DNA of 63,297 nt, filler included, from Lenisia limosa (lineage: Eukaryota > Protista > Breviatea): the NCBI GenBank assembly GCA_001655205.1. It is 13 parts of 13 records of this genome, joined end to end, with 100 filler letters (N's around TTAATTAATTAA, not from the genome) between each part and the next. Parts side by side here need not be neighbours in the genome. Positions count along the whole stretch, not along the records: positions 26,981 to 38,211 come from LPNZ01010986.1; positions 38,312 to 44,979 come from LPNZ01005039.1; positions 45,080 to 46,712 come from LPNZ01009272.1; positions 46,813 to 50,499 come from LPNZ01004365.1; 9 more parts are not named here. The stretch is one strand, 5' to 3'. The notes beneath the pieces were generated by a model. It ran no database searches and was not told the DNA's origin. It saw only the letters and a program-made list of their open reading frames with translations. Positions 35,267 through 47,036 of the stretch are shown here, piece by piece. A program made the translations under genes and the position numbers. Within the stretch, counting starts at the first letter, position 1. Each line of letters starts with the position of its first letter.

Positions 35267-37830
35267 ATGGGCTGTAGTCAGGTATGTTATACTAAATGAT
35301 AATTGATGAGAGATTCTATCTAATTATAGTTCATTTTTTAATCATGGTAGTCAAAAGAAGAGCCTCCACCACCTCCAGCCCCTGAAATCAGATGGAAGTC
35401 TGACCGCCAGGCTAAAGTCATCCAAGCTTTGCATTCAATTCATCAAGAGCGAGAGACTAGGTTTGCGTTGAAGAGGATTGAAAACATTTACTCGGTGATT
35501 ATTAATATTTTTAGACTTGTTATGAAGATTAAAAACGGTAAAGCCTACGGAAAGAAAGATTTTTCCATGGTCTCCTGGTATGGACGCCCCATCACTGAAA
35601 CTGGTGATGAAAATGCGAAGGTATGTGATTTATAAATCAAACTAAAATAGCCCTTCGGTTGAAATCTCCAACACCCTTTCAATATTTGGGAAAGAACACA
35701 CTCGTTCAGCTTTTTTCGCAATAAAGTCCGGGTCTCTGATAATTCTCTTTTTGAAGAGTGGTTTGAAATTTGAATGCCTTTTTAGTGTGGCAGTAATAAC
35801 TTAGAATGATGGAGTTTTCAAAACCCACAAGAGGCTTATGAAGACAAAGGGAAATGGCCGATTTGATCAGCGTGTTCCATATGGCCACAGCCAGATTCAT
35901 CTCGAGCTCAAGGTATAGGCATTGGTATCTTGTTCAAATGGGTTGGGTTTTATTGCGGTACCCACCCCCCTCCTTTTTTTTTTTTAATATAATCTCTTAG
36001 GAGGACATTGAGAGTATCGGGCTTGACGCAGTCTTCATCAAATGGTTCAAACCTGGGTGAGTGGATGTCTCATTTATTGTTGGAATCAGGAGGGGTGTCA
36101 CCTTCCAGAACGTGGATTGATGAATTCCGAGTAGACCTCGACCTGAAATCTTTCAAATGCAATTGGACCCTTCCCAACAAAAACACCACTCCAGCGAAGA
36201 AGGGAGGAAGAGCATCAAATACTGAAGATGTGAGTAGACTTTGGACTTTTTTTCTTGAAGGATTCTGAATACACAAATCTAAGTTGAGTTTTATCTTTCC
36301 AGACCAAAGTCGGTTTCACATATCCTCCCGATTTTAATCCTGTTTCCTTCAAGGTCAGTGATGGTTAAGAGACTCACTATCCTTTTGTTAACCTTTCACC
36401 TTTATTTTCAAGGTGTCCTTTGATGGTGAGACTACGGAGTACCACATGGAGAAGACCAAAAAGGAGTACAAGTTTTTCTACGGAAATATCCAGGTGTGTT
36501 TTCTGATATTCACTATGTTTTCTTTTGTTTACTGGAATGAAAAGAAAAGAAAATACATTTTTCGAAGGATCATAAATATATTGACATATCGTCTTGTAAA
36601 ATATTAATTCTCTTCTTTGCGTTGCGTTACCTTTAAAGCAGTTGAAAGTATTTCATGTGTAACTCTTTTGAGAGTTTTGCATTATGTGGAATAGAATGTG
36701 GTATACCACAGAATCGAAAAATCTGATCTGATTTCGCTGTTTTAAAAAAAACCCCGCCTTAATGTCTTGGTTAGAGATTGTTTTTATTGACCCCCCTAGT
36801 TTCGTGTATTTCCATTTTCCATCCACCCTCCCCAGCCCCACCAGCTCACTCACCTTTTAGCCCATCCGCCCCGGTCTTCTTCTGTTCACGGTGGTGACCG
36901 AGCATCTTCTTGGACCCGAGGACGACAGAGTGGATATTGAAGACTTCCCCATTAAGGTAGGCTCTTCATCCTATATATTTTGATATTCTCTTAGCTTTTT
37001 TACCATCAAAAGGAAGGTCATTCAAATGAGTAGTAACCGTTTAGATCCAAATTGACCTGAAGCCGCCGCCCTCAGTGGTGGAGGATGGCAGCAATGTGGA
37101 CCGTACCAAAAGGCCCCCTCGCGGCCGGGACACGGTGGCAGGGGATGCGGGTCAATGGCTGTTTTTTTTTGGGGGGAGGGGGGTACTTTGGAGTCTTTTC
37201 TGACGCTCACAGGTTCTTGAGACCAAGAATTTTAGATCTTTAATTGATTGGCAGAGGCCCCTTCCCAGGTCGTTCATTCCTGACGCGAAGGTAAGAATTA
37301 TTTATCATAGCATTTTCATCTTTTGCCTGTTTACCCTCTGACCTTTAGCCCTACACACTGATACGTTTGGAGGTCGCTCGTTCTCTCACGTGCAAACGTG
37401 GAGTTTGGGAGATCAAGAATGTTCCTGAGATCAAGGAAGACCCTTCAAGGTTTGTAGCAGAGAATAATACCTAGATCTCTAATGTTTGCTCAACCATTGT
37501 AGGTGCATTATTGAAGTGGCAAAGCCCTAGGTTGGGTGTGTTTTGAGAATTAGTCTAAGTCTATTATGTAATTACTTTCTTAACGGAAGGGTGAGTCAGT
37601 TGGAGATCATCTTGTCCACTTCAACCCTTTTTCTGATCTCTGAATTCCCTTGAACCTTTTACTGATATTATTCCTGGGTCTCCAGGAGGACCAGACATTG
37701 GAACAGAGAAGAAGCGTCCGTCACCTTCTCGATTAGTTACAATTATATTGGCTGGTTGCCGTTGCCTGCCAGTGGCTTGTGTGACTCAAGTGTGGCGTGC
37801 GTTTCATTGATTTTAAAGTACAAAAGTTGA
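35267..37830 (+). CDS. Multi-exon protein of unknown function with N-terminal MGC acylation motif
   Basis: About 11 short phase-consistent exons: MGCSQ|SKEEPPPPPAPEIRWK...|RLVMKIKNGKAYGKKDFSMVSWYG...|IHLELK|EDIESIGLDAVFIKWFKPG|TWIDEFRVDL...; 3' end uncertain. Confidence 0.7.
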
Positions 37831-38171
37831 CAAGTTGACAAACACGTTTATTGTGTATTGCGTCCGGACGTTTGGTGGCTGGACGAACCACCCTGGGCCA
37901 AGTGGTGATTCAATTCCGATGAAAAAAAATATACGAAATTAGGCTTTGCCACCCCCCCTATGACCAGGCTGTGCGCTGTGCGAATGAAAGGAGTAGAAGA
38001 GTTTGAAAGAAGAAGAATGAACACAAGAAGAATGAAGTTCATCATAGTTAACCTGCTTCTACTCTGCTTTGGTACCTCTCTCTCGCACAACCCGTAAGGT
38101 GGACTTTTGTTTCGGTAATTGTCCACGCATTTTCTTTATGAATCAATCAAAATAACTGGCGGTGCACTACT

Positions 38172-38177
38172 CTAAGA

Positions 38178-38211
<34 letters not shown>

Positions 38212-38212
38212 N
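38172..38212. repeat. (AT)n microsatellite at a scaffold end
   Basis: About 20 AT units seen directly. Confidence 0.9.
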
Positions 38213-38398
38213 NNNNNNNNNNNNNNNNNNNNNNNNNNNNNNNNNNNNNNNNNNNTTAATTAATTAANNNNNNNNNNNNNNNNNNNNNNNNNNNNNNNNN
38301 NNNNNNNNNNNAAAAAAAAAAAAGATGGATATCATATGTGATGTTTATGAATGAAAAATTGAAAAGAGAGTCATTTAGTAGATTCTAGGGGGTTTCTG

Positions 38399-41300
38399 TC
38401 AGAGATCAAACCACATTTTTCCCCACACCCACGTTTTCTTGCCTCTCTTTGGTGTTCTCTTGCCTGCGCCAGCTTCACCCCACTTAGGTCCTTCCCACTC
38501 CTCAGAACTGACACTACTGACGTCGCTACAGTGTGAGTGACAAGGTGAAGGTAAATTGAACACAACAACAAAAAACCTTTCAACTTACAACGAGTAAAGC
38601 AATAAAACAAAATAGAATACAAAACAGAATTGATTCCCTCAGTTGGTAACCTTACCTAATCCAGTCCTCATCAAACTCTTCATTCGCGATCTTCATTTCT
38701 TCAAGCTTCTTTTCGAGTTTCATTTCCTTCAAATCTTCCGAAGATCCCCATCCGCCTGTTGACCAACTACCCTTGGCTACCTCCTTCTTCTCTTCATCCT
38801 TCTTGCTGAGCATTTCCTTCTTCTTTTCTTCAATTTTCTTTTCCTTCTTCATTTCCTTTAGATCCTCAGAAGAGCCCCATCCTCCGGTAGACCAGCTACC
38901 CTTAGCAACCACAGGCTTCTTCGCTTCTTTCATCGTCTTCTTTTCATCTTCTAATTTCTTCTTTTCTTCCTCAAGCTTCTTTTCCTTCAATTTTTCTTCT
39001 CTCTTCTTTTCCTTCTTCATTTCCTTTAGATCCTCAGAAGAGCCCCATCCTCCGGTAGACCAGCTACCCTTAGCAACCACAGGCTTCTTCGCTTCTTTCA
39101 TCGTCTTCTTTTCATCTTCTAATTTCTTCTTTTCTTCCTCAAGCTTCTTTTCCTTCAATTTTTCTTCTCTCTTCTTTTCCTTCTTCATTTCCTTGAGATC
39201 CTCAGAAGAGCCCCATCCCCCAGTAGACCAACTGCCTTGAGCAACAACAGGCTTCTTCGCTTCTTCTACCTTTATCGTTTCTTCTGCCTTCTTGGCTATT
39301 TCAAACTTCTTGACCTGCTTTAACTGTTCAAACTGATGGATCTCATTCTGCTTTTGCATTTCAAGCATCTTTTCTTTCCTCCTCTCTTCTCTCTTCTTTT
39401 CCTTCTTCATAACCTTTAGATCCTCAGAAGAACCCCATCCTCCGGTAGACCAGCTACCTTTAGCAACTGCAGGCTTCTTCGCTTCTTCTGCTTTCCTCTT
39501 CTCCTCTTCCCTTTTCTTTTCCTCTTCCAACTTCTTTTTCTCTTCTAGTTTCTTCTTTTCCTCCTCAGCCCTTTTCTGCTCTTCAAGCATCTTCATTCTT
39601 TCATCTGCCTTCTTCTTAACTTCTTGCAGCTTCTTTGCTTTCTCTTCCTCCTCCTGTTTCTTCTGCTTCTCTTTTAGTTTGCGCTTTGCTTCAATCACGT
39701 TTCTTTTGATTTCCACAGCCCTTCTTTCCTCTGCATGATTTACTTCCTTTCTTAGAAGAAGTTCCTTATTCTGGAGCGCCTTTCGCATCTCCTTCTTTTC
39801 GGCAATTCTTCTCTCCTCAGCAAGTCTCTGTTCTTCGGCAAACCTTATCTCTTCAGCAATTCTCCTTTCTTCAGCGTTTTTCTCTTTAGCTATCCTATTT
39901 TCTTCTTTTTTAAACATTCTTTCTTGGTATAAGAGTTGGTTCCTTGTTAGATTCTTCTCTCTTTCTTTTTCTGCATTTGCTTCTGCCAGCATCCTTTTTC
40001 TCTCTTCCTTCGCCATTCTTTTCTTTTCCCTCGCAACCATGTGCTCGGCCTTCATCTTCGCAATATCAGTTAGCATGTCTTCCTTTTCTTTCTCCACTTT
40101 GGCAATAGACGCCGCTGCTGTCTGTTCTTTTCGCTTTTCTACCTCACCAGACTTCCGCTCCACAGAAAGGGCCACTTTTTCTTCCTTAATCCTGAGCTCC
40201 TTCTTCATAAGGGCGATTTTGGCCTCAATAAGCTCCAACTTCACGGCTGTTGTTGTTGTGTCCTTTGGAACTGGAACCTTCTGAAGGGTGATTATCATTA
40301 TCACACCTACAAAANNNNNNNNNNNNNNNNNNNNNNNNNNNNNNNNNNNNNNNNNNNNNNNNNNNNNNNNNNNNNNNNNNNNNNNNNNNNNNNNNNNNAC
40401 AAAGTGTTGTATAATATAAGATATATTTGTGGGTCGATAAATTTTGAAGGAATACTAACCTTGGGAGTTTCGATGGGCATTGTAAGAGCCTAAATGATCG
40501 ATCACGAAGGGAAACATTATCCTGGAACTACCAAAAAAAAACATCCGAATGTTAACACCAAGTCTTAAAAATAGTTGACAGCATACCTGGGCCAAAAGGG
40601 AAGGGAAGAGAGGTGCGGAAAATTCAGGAATAACCACTACGGGAGCCGGGTCAGAACTATAAACAGCGGCTTCCATCAGACTTTCCACAAGCTCCTGACT
40701 GTCTTCAAGATCGTCCACCTTCATCGCCAATTCGAGGAGCAACGCCTTTTCATCAGCTTCAGGTTCTTCTTCATGGAGCACAGAAAGACTCTCAGAGACA
40801 AGAACAGACACAGGTTTCAGAGGAGGCAACTCCTTCGCCTTCTTTGACTTGATCGCAACCGGTGTTGATTTCCGTTGTGTTGGGGACGGGGCTGAGGGCT
40901 GCTGAGTGGCGACAGGGAAAACAGGCACCATAACACTTTCGGGCATTATGAACACGGGGGATGGTACGACTCGAGCCATCGAGGGAGATACTTCAAAATA
41001 CTTCTTTGGGGATTTGCCATTGGCCATAGGCTGTACACACGTGGGTTTCTGCTGGAGCTTCGGGAATTTCTTTCCAACAGTCTTGATACGAATGGACACT
41101 TTCGGTGTGGGTGAGAAATCTTTCGAAGAAGTTGACATAACAGTCTCGGTCTTCTCCGAAATGAATCCATCGGAGGTACTAATGGACTTCTTTGTGGACG
41201 TGATTGGCTTTAAGGGCTCTGCAGAGGCGGAGAGCTTTGGCTCAGTGATCTCGCTACTTGGCTCTTTGGATTCCGATGGCTTGAAGGGTTCCGATGAGGT

Positions 41301-44300
41301 TGAGAGTTTCTTGGATTCCAATGTCTCATCATTGCCGGAGTCTGACTTCGGGACAAAGGGGACTGCAGACACGGACGGCTTGAACGACTCTGATGACGTT
41401 GATAGTTTGGATTCCACTGTACCAGCAGGTTGGCTTGATTCAGCTTCTGAAGGTTGAACCGCAGCCTCCTCTACTGGTTTGCGTTGAATAGTGACACCAT
41501 GCTTGGATAAGGGCGATTCCGCGGGCTTGAAGGATTCAGAAGAGATTGAAAGCTTGGAAGCAGGGGACGCTGACGTGGCTCCAGCTGGTTTGAAGGGCTT
41601 GGAGGTGACTGACATTTTTGTTTCGTCTTCAATCTTCGCTTCTGGCTTTGGAATGAAAACCGTTGACGTTACTGAGAGCTTCTTAGAATTCGAAGGCGCT
41701 GACACAGTCTTATGGAAAGGCTTTGCTGTGACGGAAATGGTTTGGCCGCTTGAGGTTGTGATGGACAGCTTCTCCGGGGACTTAACTGAAGTCTTTTTCT
41801 CGAAGACGAAGGGCTTCGAAGAGACCGAGAGGGTTTTGGCAGGGCTGTGCTGGGGGGGAATATGCTTACTGGGTGAGCGAATAACTAGAGGGCTCTCATT
41901 ATTGTCACTACTTTCTCCACCGTGCTCTTCCCTTTCTTGGATGATCTCTTTGCCAACCTTTTCACTTTTCTTCTGGTCTTGATTCTCTTCAGATGGTTCA
42001 GAATTATCAGAAATAAGGGAGAGTTTGGCCATTTTCTCCTCGAGTGCAACATTGGATTCGGAAATTTCAGGTGTTGAAGTGGTACAGCTGGAAAGCTGTT
42101 CTTGAATCTTCGTCTCATCGGTCTTCACATCTTCTTTTTCTTCTTCCACAATCTCTTCGTTCTTTTCCTCCATAACCTCATCTTCGTTCTTTTCTTCAGT
42201 GATCTCATTGCTCTTATCAACAGTGTCTCCTTCCCTTCCTTCTTCTTCGGCTTCTTCCCTCTTTTCTTCAGTAATTTCTTTCTTATTTTTTTTTTCAACC
42301 TCTTCATCCTTCTCTTCAACTGTTAGCTTCCCTTCCTCCTCATCAATTCCTTCCTTCCTTTCTTCTTCAACTTCTTCCTTCCTTTCTTCTTCAACTTCTT
42401 CCTTCTTTTCTTCAACTTCCTCTTCCTTCTTTTCTTCAGCTTCTTCTTCCTTCTTTTCTTTTTCAACAACTTCTTCCTTCTTTTCCTCTAAAGAATTCGC
42501 TGTGGTCACAAGTGTTTTCTTTGGACTGTGAGGGGAGAAGGGGACGATTCTGGTCTGAGGAACAGAAGTGTGAGGCGATTCATGCTCCTTGTGAACAGCG
42601 TGGAGCTTATCAAGCTTTTTCGGAACCAAAACGGGCTTTTTGGTGGAATTGTGTTCGTTGACTCCTTCATCTCTCGTGTCCACATTTGTCTTCTTAGGTA
42701 CAGCGTCAACATGAGAAAAAGGCCGTTTGTACACCTTCTGGCTTCCAATGATGGTTTCAGTCTTGGGAAAAGCTTTGGTGATGGAGAAAGGCACAATGGA
42801 GGGCTTCTTGACCGTGGCCTCGTCGTCCTTTGCAACCGGAACCATGGGCTTGTCACTTGGTGGACCCTGGTGTTTCGAAGGTGATTTGTAGAACTTGGCT
42901 TTTCCGGTTGGTGTTCGAGGTGCAGCCAAGGTGTCAGCTTTCGGTTTAACTGAAAAAATAAAAATAAAATAAAAATTATAATAATAAAACAATGTGTAAA
43001 AACAGAAGTTTTTTTTTATTAACTGCAGCAAATCTTCATAAACTGAGAAGAAATGCCTACTTATTCCAGGAGAAGTGTCGTCATCTGAGCCCGAAAGTAG
43101 AATGGAACTATCACTATCCGAACCTTCTGGTTTCTTGATTTTTGGAGTGGGTACCAACTTTGCATTCTTCTTCTTGTCTTCTTCCTCCATCCTTTTCTTT
43201 TCTTCTGCCTTCTTTTTCACCTCTTCTTCCTTCTTCTTTTTTTTCAACTCCTCCTCTTCCCTCTTCTTGTTTTCAAGAATTTTTTTCTCGAGTTCTGCAA
43301 TTTTCTTCTCCTTTTTCTTCTTTTCTTCTTTCTTCTGTTTATCAATTTCCCTTTTCCTCTTTTCTTCCTCAATCCTTTTCTTCTTTTCTTCAATTCTTTT
43401 CCTCTCTGCTTCCTTCTTCTTTTCCTCTTTCTCAAACTTCAACCGCTCAGCCTCTTGCTCAATTATGTTCTTCTCGGCTTCTATCAATTTCTTCTCCTCA
43501 ATAATAGCGCGCTGTTCTTCAAGGCGGTTTTGTTCTTCCTCCAGGCGTTGGTGCTCGTCAGCGATGCGCTTCCTCTCTTCGTACCCCTCGTCCATTGGGG
43601 ACGGCACTCTGATGATGGGTGATGGTGACACGGAGAGTTCAGAAAGTTCTGGGGTAGACACCACAAAAGGGGAGTCGTCGCAATTGATACCGTCCAAACA
43701 GGGAACTGGATCTGGAGGGTAAGAAGGAAGCTGAAGTCAATTCAATCTTAAAAATGACGCCAACTCCTTTGATACACTATGAAAGAGTATATGACACATT
43801 AAAAAAAATGCCTGTCAAATTAGACTGATCCGAAGAACAAAGCAATATCACAAAACTATATAAATGACAAGAAAAAACAATATCACCTGCATACGTTTGA
43901 TAGGCGCAGAGAAGTCAAAGCCGGAAAGCGACTTATGGACAGCCTGGTCGTAAGACATGCTCACAGCCCTGAGGTTCTGCTGGATGTTTTCCGGGTCAAT
44001 ATTCTCGAGGCTTCGGCGGTCAATTAGTTTCCTTGATTTGATTTCTTCCTTGGTCATGATGAAGCCGTTGATGAGCACGTGTTTGCCCTTGAGAGTCATA
44101 AAGAGGCCTTCACTTCGGCTCGCAAAAAAAAGTGAATTTCTCAATAAATCCTCGAAAACTTTCGATATAATTTATTGTCATAAATTTAGTTATCAGGTGG
44201 TAAGATTGTATGCATGCCGTTACTCGCATGTTGTGGTGCTGTAAATGATGTAAAATAAGCCTTCTGAAATAGTTTTCCAACCCAAGTTACAAAATTTTAC

Positions 44301-44650
44301 CGCCTGGTTCTCAAAAAATCCTTCAAACCTGCATAAGACACACCGCGATATCCATATCCGATGCAACAGACAGAATCTGTGAATGATAATAAACCAAAAA
44401 AAGTGAGCTATTTTATAACTATTTTATTATGTGTAGGGCTCCACTTCGGTTGGAAAAAAAGACAAAATTTGTCAATAAATCCTCGAAAACTATCCATTTT
44501 TCCCAGGGTTTTTCGAACCGAAGTGCAGCCCTAATTATGTGCCCCCGCCCCTTGCAACCTTCGCTTTGTTGAGATAGCTTCGGTTTTCAGCTGATTTGGC
44601 TTGAAGAGCGTCGGAACGCAGCGCCTCTCTCTGTTCGGGGTGCATATCTA
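38399..44650 (-). CDS. ~1,700-aa largely disordered/coiled-coil protein with a tandem PAM2-like array, five SWSTGGWG repeats and a Trp-rich tail
   Basis: Exons joined in phase: ~44087-43886, 43732-43061, 42949-40587, 40280-38656, 38525-38399 (SDVSSVSSEEWEGPKWGEAG...KKTWVWGKMWFDL*), plus likely upstream exons near 44380-44330 and 44650-44560. The two long ORFs in the track are exons of this gene. An 84-N gap lies in intron 40586-40281. Confidence 0.75.
38730..39465 (-). repeat. Coding tandem repeat; 168-bp (56-aa) period for three units, five GSWSTGGWGSSEDLK cores
   Basis: Cores at ~38746, 38875, 39043, 39211, 39433. Confidence 0.9.
44434..44533. mobile_element. Family A MITE, 100 bp, with a perfect 8-bp target-site duplication
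   Basis: attatgtg|tagggctccacttcggttggaaaaa...tttttcgaaccgaagtgcagcccta|attatgtg; 23/25 TIR match. Confidence 0.92.
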
Positions 44651-45079
44651 GCAGGTAAAACTTGATTGTTCCTTTTAAAATACACAATAAATATAGTATC
44701 TGCTGCTCCGCATCAACCTTGTGATTAATTAAAAACCTTGTGATTAATTAAATTTGGGTCTTTTTGCCTGTAAAACAGTGTATAAATTGCTTGATTTTAT
44801 CTTTAATACTGTTAAAGTGATAGATTTTAACTTTAGTTACTGGTCCCTCATAGAGTAAGTGAAACCTGCTGCCAAAAAGAAGAAAAAAGAAAAAAAAAGA
44901 AAAGAAAAAAAGAAAAAGAAAAAAAAAAGAGCCCCCGGGGTACCGGTACCCCGGACTATTTAATTGTGTTTTTTATTTTNNNNNNNNNNNNNNNNNNNNN
45001 NNNNNNNNNNNNNNNNNNNNNNNTTAATTAATTAANNNNNNNNNNNNNNNNNNNNNNNNNNNNNNNNNNNNNNNNNNNN

Positions 45080-46480
45080 CCGATAACTCCGACGTCGACC
45101 TCTTTGCAACTTCAAGCGACGATGACAACGCCATTGTAGACGAGCCCTCTGCCGCGCCGGCCGCCCCTCCACTTCCCAATTTAGAAACACCGGCCGCCGT
45201 AGACACCTCTGCCGACATTGACCCAAACACCGACTCGGTCGCTAACGTCATTCGCGACCACCGTGACCCGAACGTTGAGCCCACACCATGCCCGTCGATG
45301 CCGTCGCACCCGCGTCCGCCGCCAGCTGCCCCAACCTCGCCTCTCCGCCAGCGTAACCTCTTTGCCGGCCCAAAGGACGACTACCACGCCGAGGCCGGCC
45401 GGAGGGGTCTTCTCACGACTATCANNNNNNNNNNNNNNNNNNNNNNNNNNNNNNNNNNNNNNNNNNNNNNNNNNNNNNNNNNNNNNNNNNNNNNNNNNNN
45501 NNNNNNNNNNNNNNNNNNNNNNNNNNNNNNNNNNNCCCGGCCTTCATGACGTTAACGTCACCACGTACTTCAACAAGAGCCCTTTCTACAGCGCGTTTTA
45601 CGGACTGCCGACTGCCAACGACGCCGTCTCCCTTTCCGGCGCGGTAGAAGGCATCTTTGTCGCTGGCCGACAACGAAATTATATGATTAAATTCAGCCAG
45701 TATACAGGACGCCCCCGCGTGAGTGACCCTGACGGCATAATGGCCGAAGTCCCCTCCTGCCCGTTGTGTCTGTGGACCCTTTGCCCCCGACCTTGGAACA
45801 CCTGGCCGAACTGGACATGTGCGCATTGCAATCCCGGAGAATCCCTCGCCAGCGCTCGTGCCGTGAAGGCCCCCGTCTGGCCTAACTTACCCCCACCTGA
45901 CCATGGCCTTGCCCTCGCAAAGAAGTTTCAAGCCTCCGCCAATCTTCGTGGCCTTGCTCTCGCCGCCGTTCGCCGCCACCTCGCTGCGAACACCAAAGGC
46001 TCCGTAGCAAACGTTGCCGCAATGGCCGCCACCGCTAACCGACTTAAACGGAAGTCGCCTGACAGCCCGTCCCGCCGACCTTCCTTGTCCCCAGTATGCC
46101 CCCCCCCCCTTTTTACTTGCTGGCTTTGTGTTATTTACTTTGTTGTTCCTTGTGCGTTGTCTTCTAACCAAAATGCAGCCAGTATCAGCCACAACGCCTG
46201 ACTCCTCCGACGCATTCGACGACGACGATGACAACGACTTTGTACTGCCGGTATGGCAACCCCCCTACATCCAGTTCCTAGCCACTTCTTTCGGCAAAAA
46301 GGTACAACGCTTAACTCCCCCCCCCTAGTCATCCCCCATGGAGACGACTCTCGCGACCACGCCACCTTCCTGCACCCAGGAGGACAGCAGTAACAAGGTA
46401 TTGACTCAAAACCCAAAGGATATCGTCATCTAACAACGCCCAGCAAAGCCGAATGTATTCTTCACAACTCGAAGCGTAAT
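45080..46480 (+). CDS. GC-rich gene fragment with a Cys cluster, unknown function
   Basis: Long first exon (open frames 45080-45424 and 45537-46093, gap between) with CPLCLWTLC...WTCAHC, then small exons PVSATTPDSSDAFDDDDDNDFVLP and SSPMETTLATTPPSCTQEDSSNK. Confidence 0.55.
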
Positions 46481-46843
46481 CCGTCCTCCCACCCCGCCAT
46501 CCCTAAGCTTCCTCTTCCCATGTTCTAGGTCTATAATAAATCTTATTAGTTTTCATTTTGGTTCAACGCAACAAGGGCTAACAAAACTACTGTAATTATC
46601 ATCAAGAACATAACCTTCATCTGCAGCAGCAACAAACCACTTAGAGATATTGTCAACGAAGTCATGACGTCACCATATCCCTCTGCCAGTGCTGCCAGTG
46701 CTGCCAGTGACTNNNNNNNNNNNNNNNNNNNNNNNNNNNNNNNNNNNNNNNNNNNNTTAATTAATTAANNNNNNNNNNNNNNNNNNNNNNNNNNNNNNNN
46801 NNNNNNNNNNNNAAGAGAAAGTGCATTGCTACACATTCTGCAG

Positions 46844-47036
46844 ATCATTGGACTGAAGTATTATTGGAAAATTGGAAGAAAGAAATGGCAAGAATCAAGA
46901 AAGCTAATGTCGAAGAAAAGAAGAGAAGGTTTGTAATTATTGTGCAAAATTGGAATGACTTTTCAGGAAACGGGTAGGCCAAGGCTACAAAAAAGCGCCC
47001 TGTGAAGAAAAATAGGAAATGGAAGTTTGTCATTTA
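46844..47036 (+). CDS. Probable last exons of a Lys-rich protein
   Basis: cag|...WTEVLLENWKKEMARIKKANVEEKKR|gt, then a short terminal exon; frame of the last exon uncertain. Confidence 0.3.

Noticed and set aside
37848-38126. Small ORF with signal-peptide-like MMNFILLVFILLLS
   Set aside because: Short, at a scaffold end, no recognisable family or supporting exons; could be chance in AT-rich sequence.
38773-43722. Long + strand Phe/Ser-rich ORFs (38773, 40906, 41491, 42199, 43075)
   Set aside because: Antisense shadows of the K/E-rich minus-strand exons.
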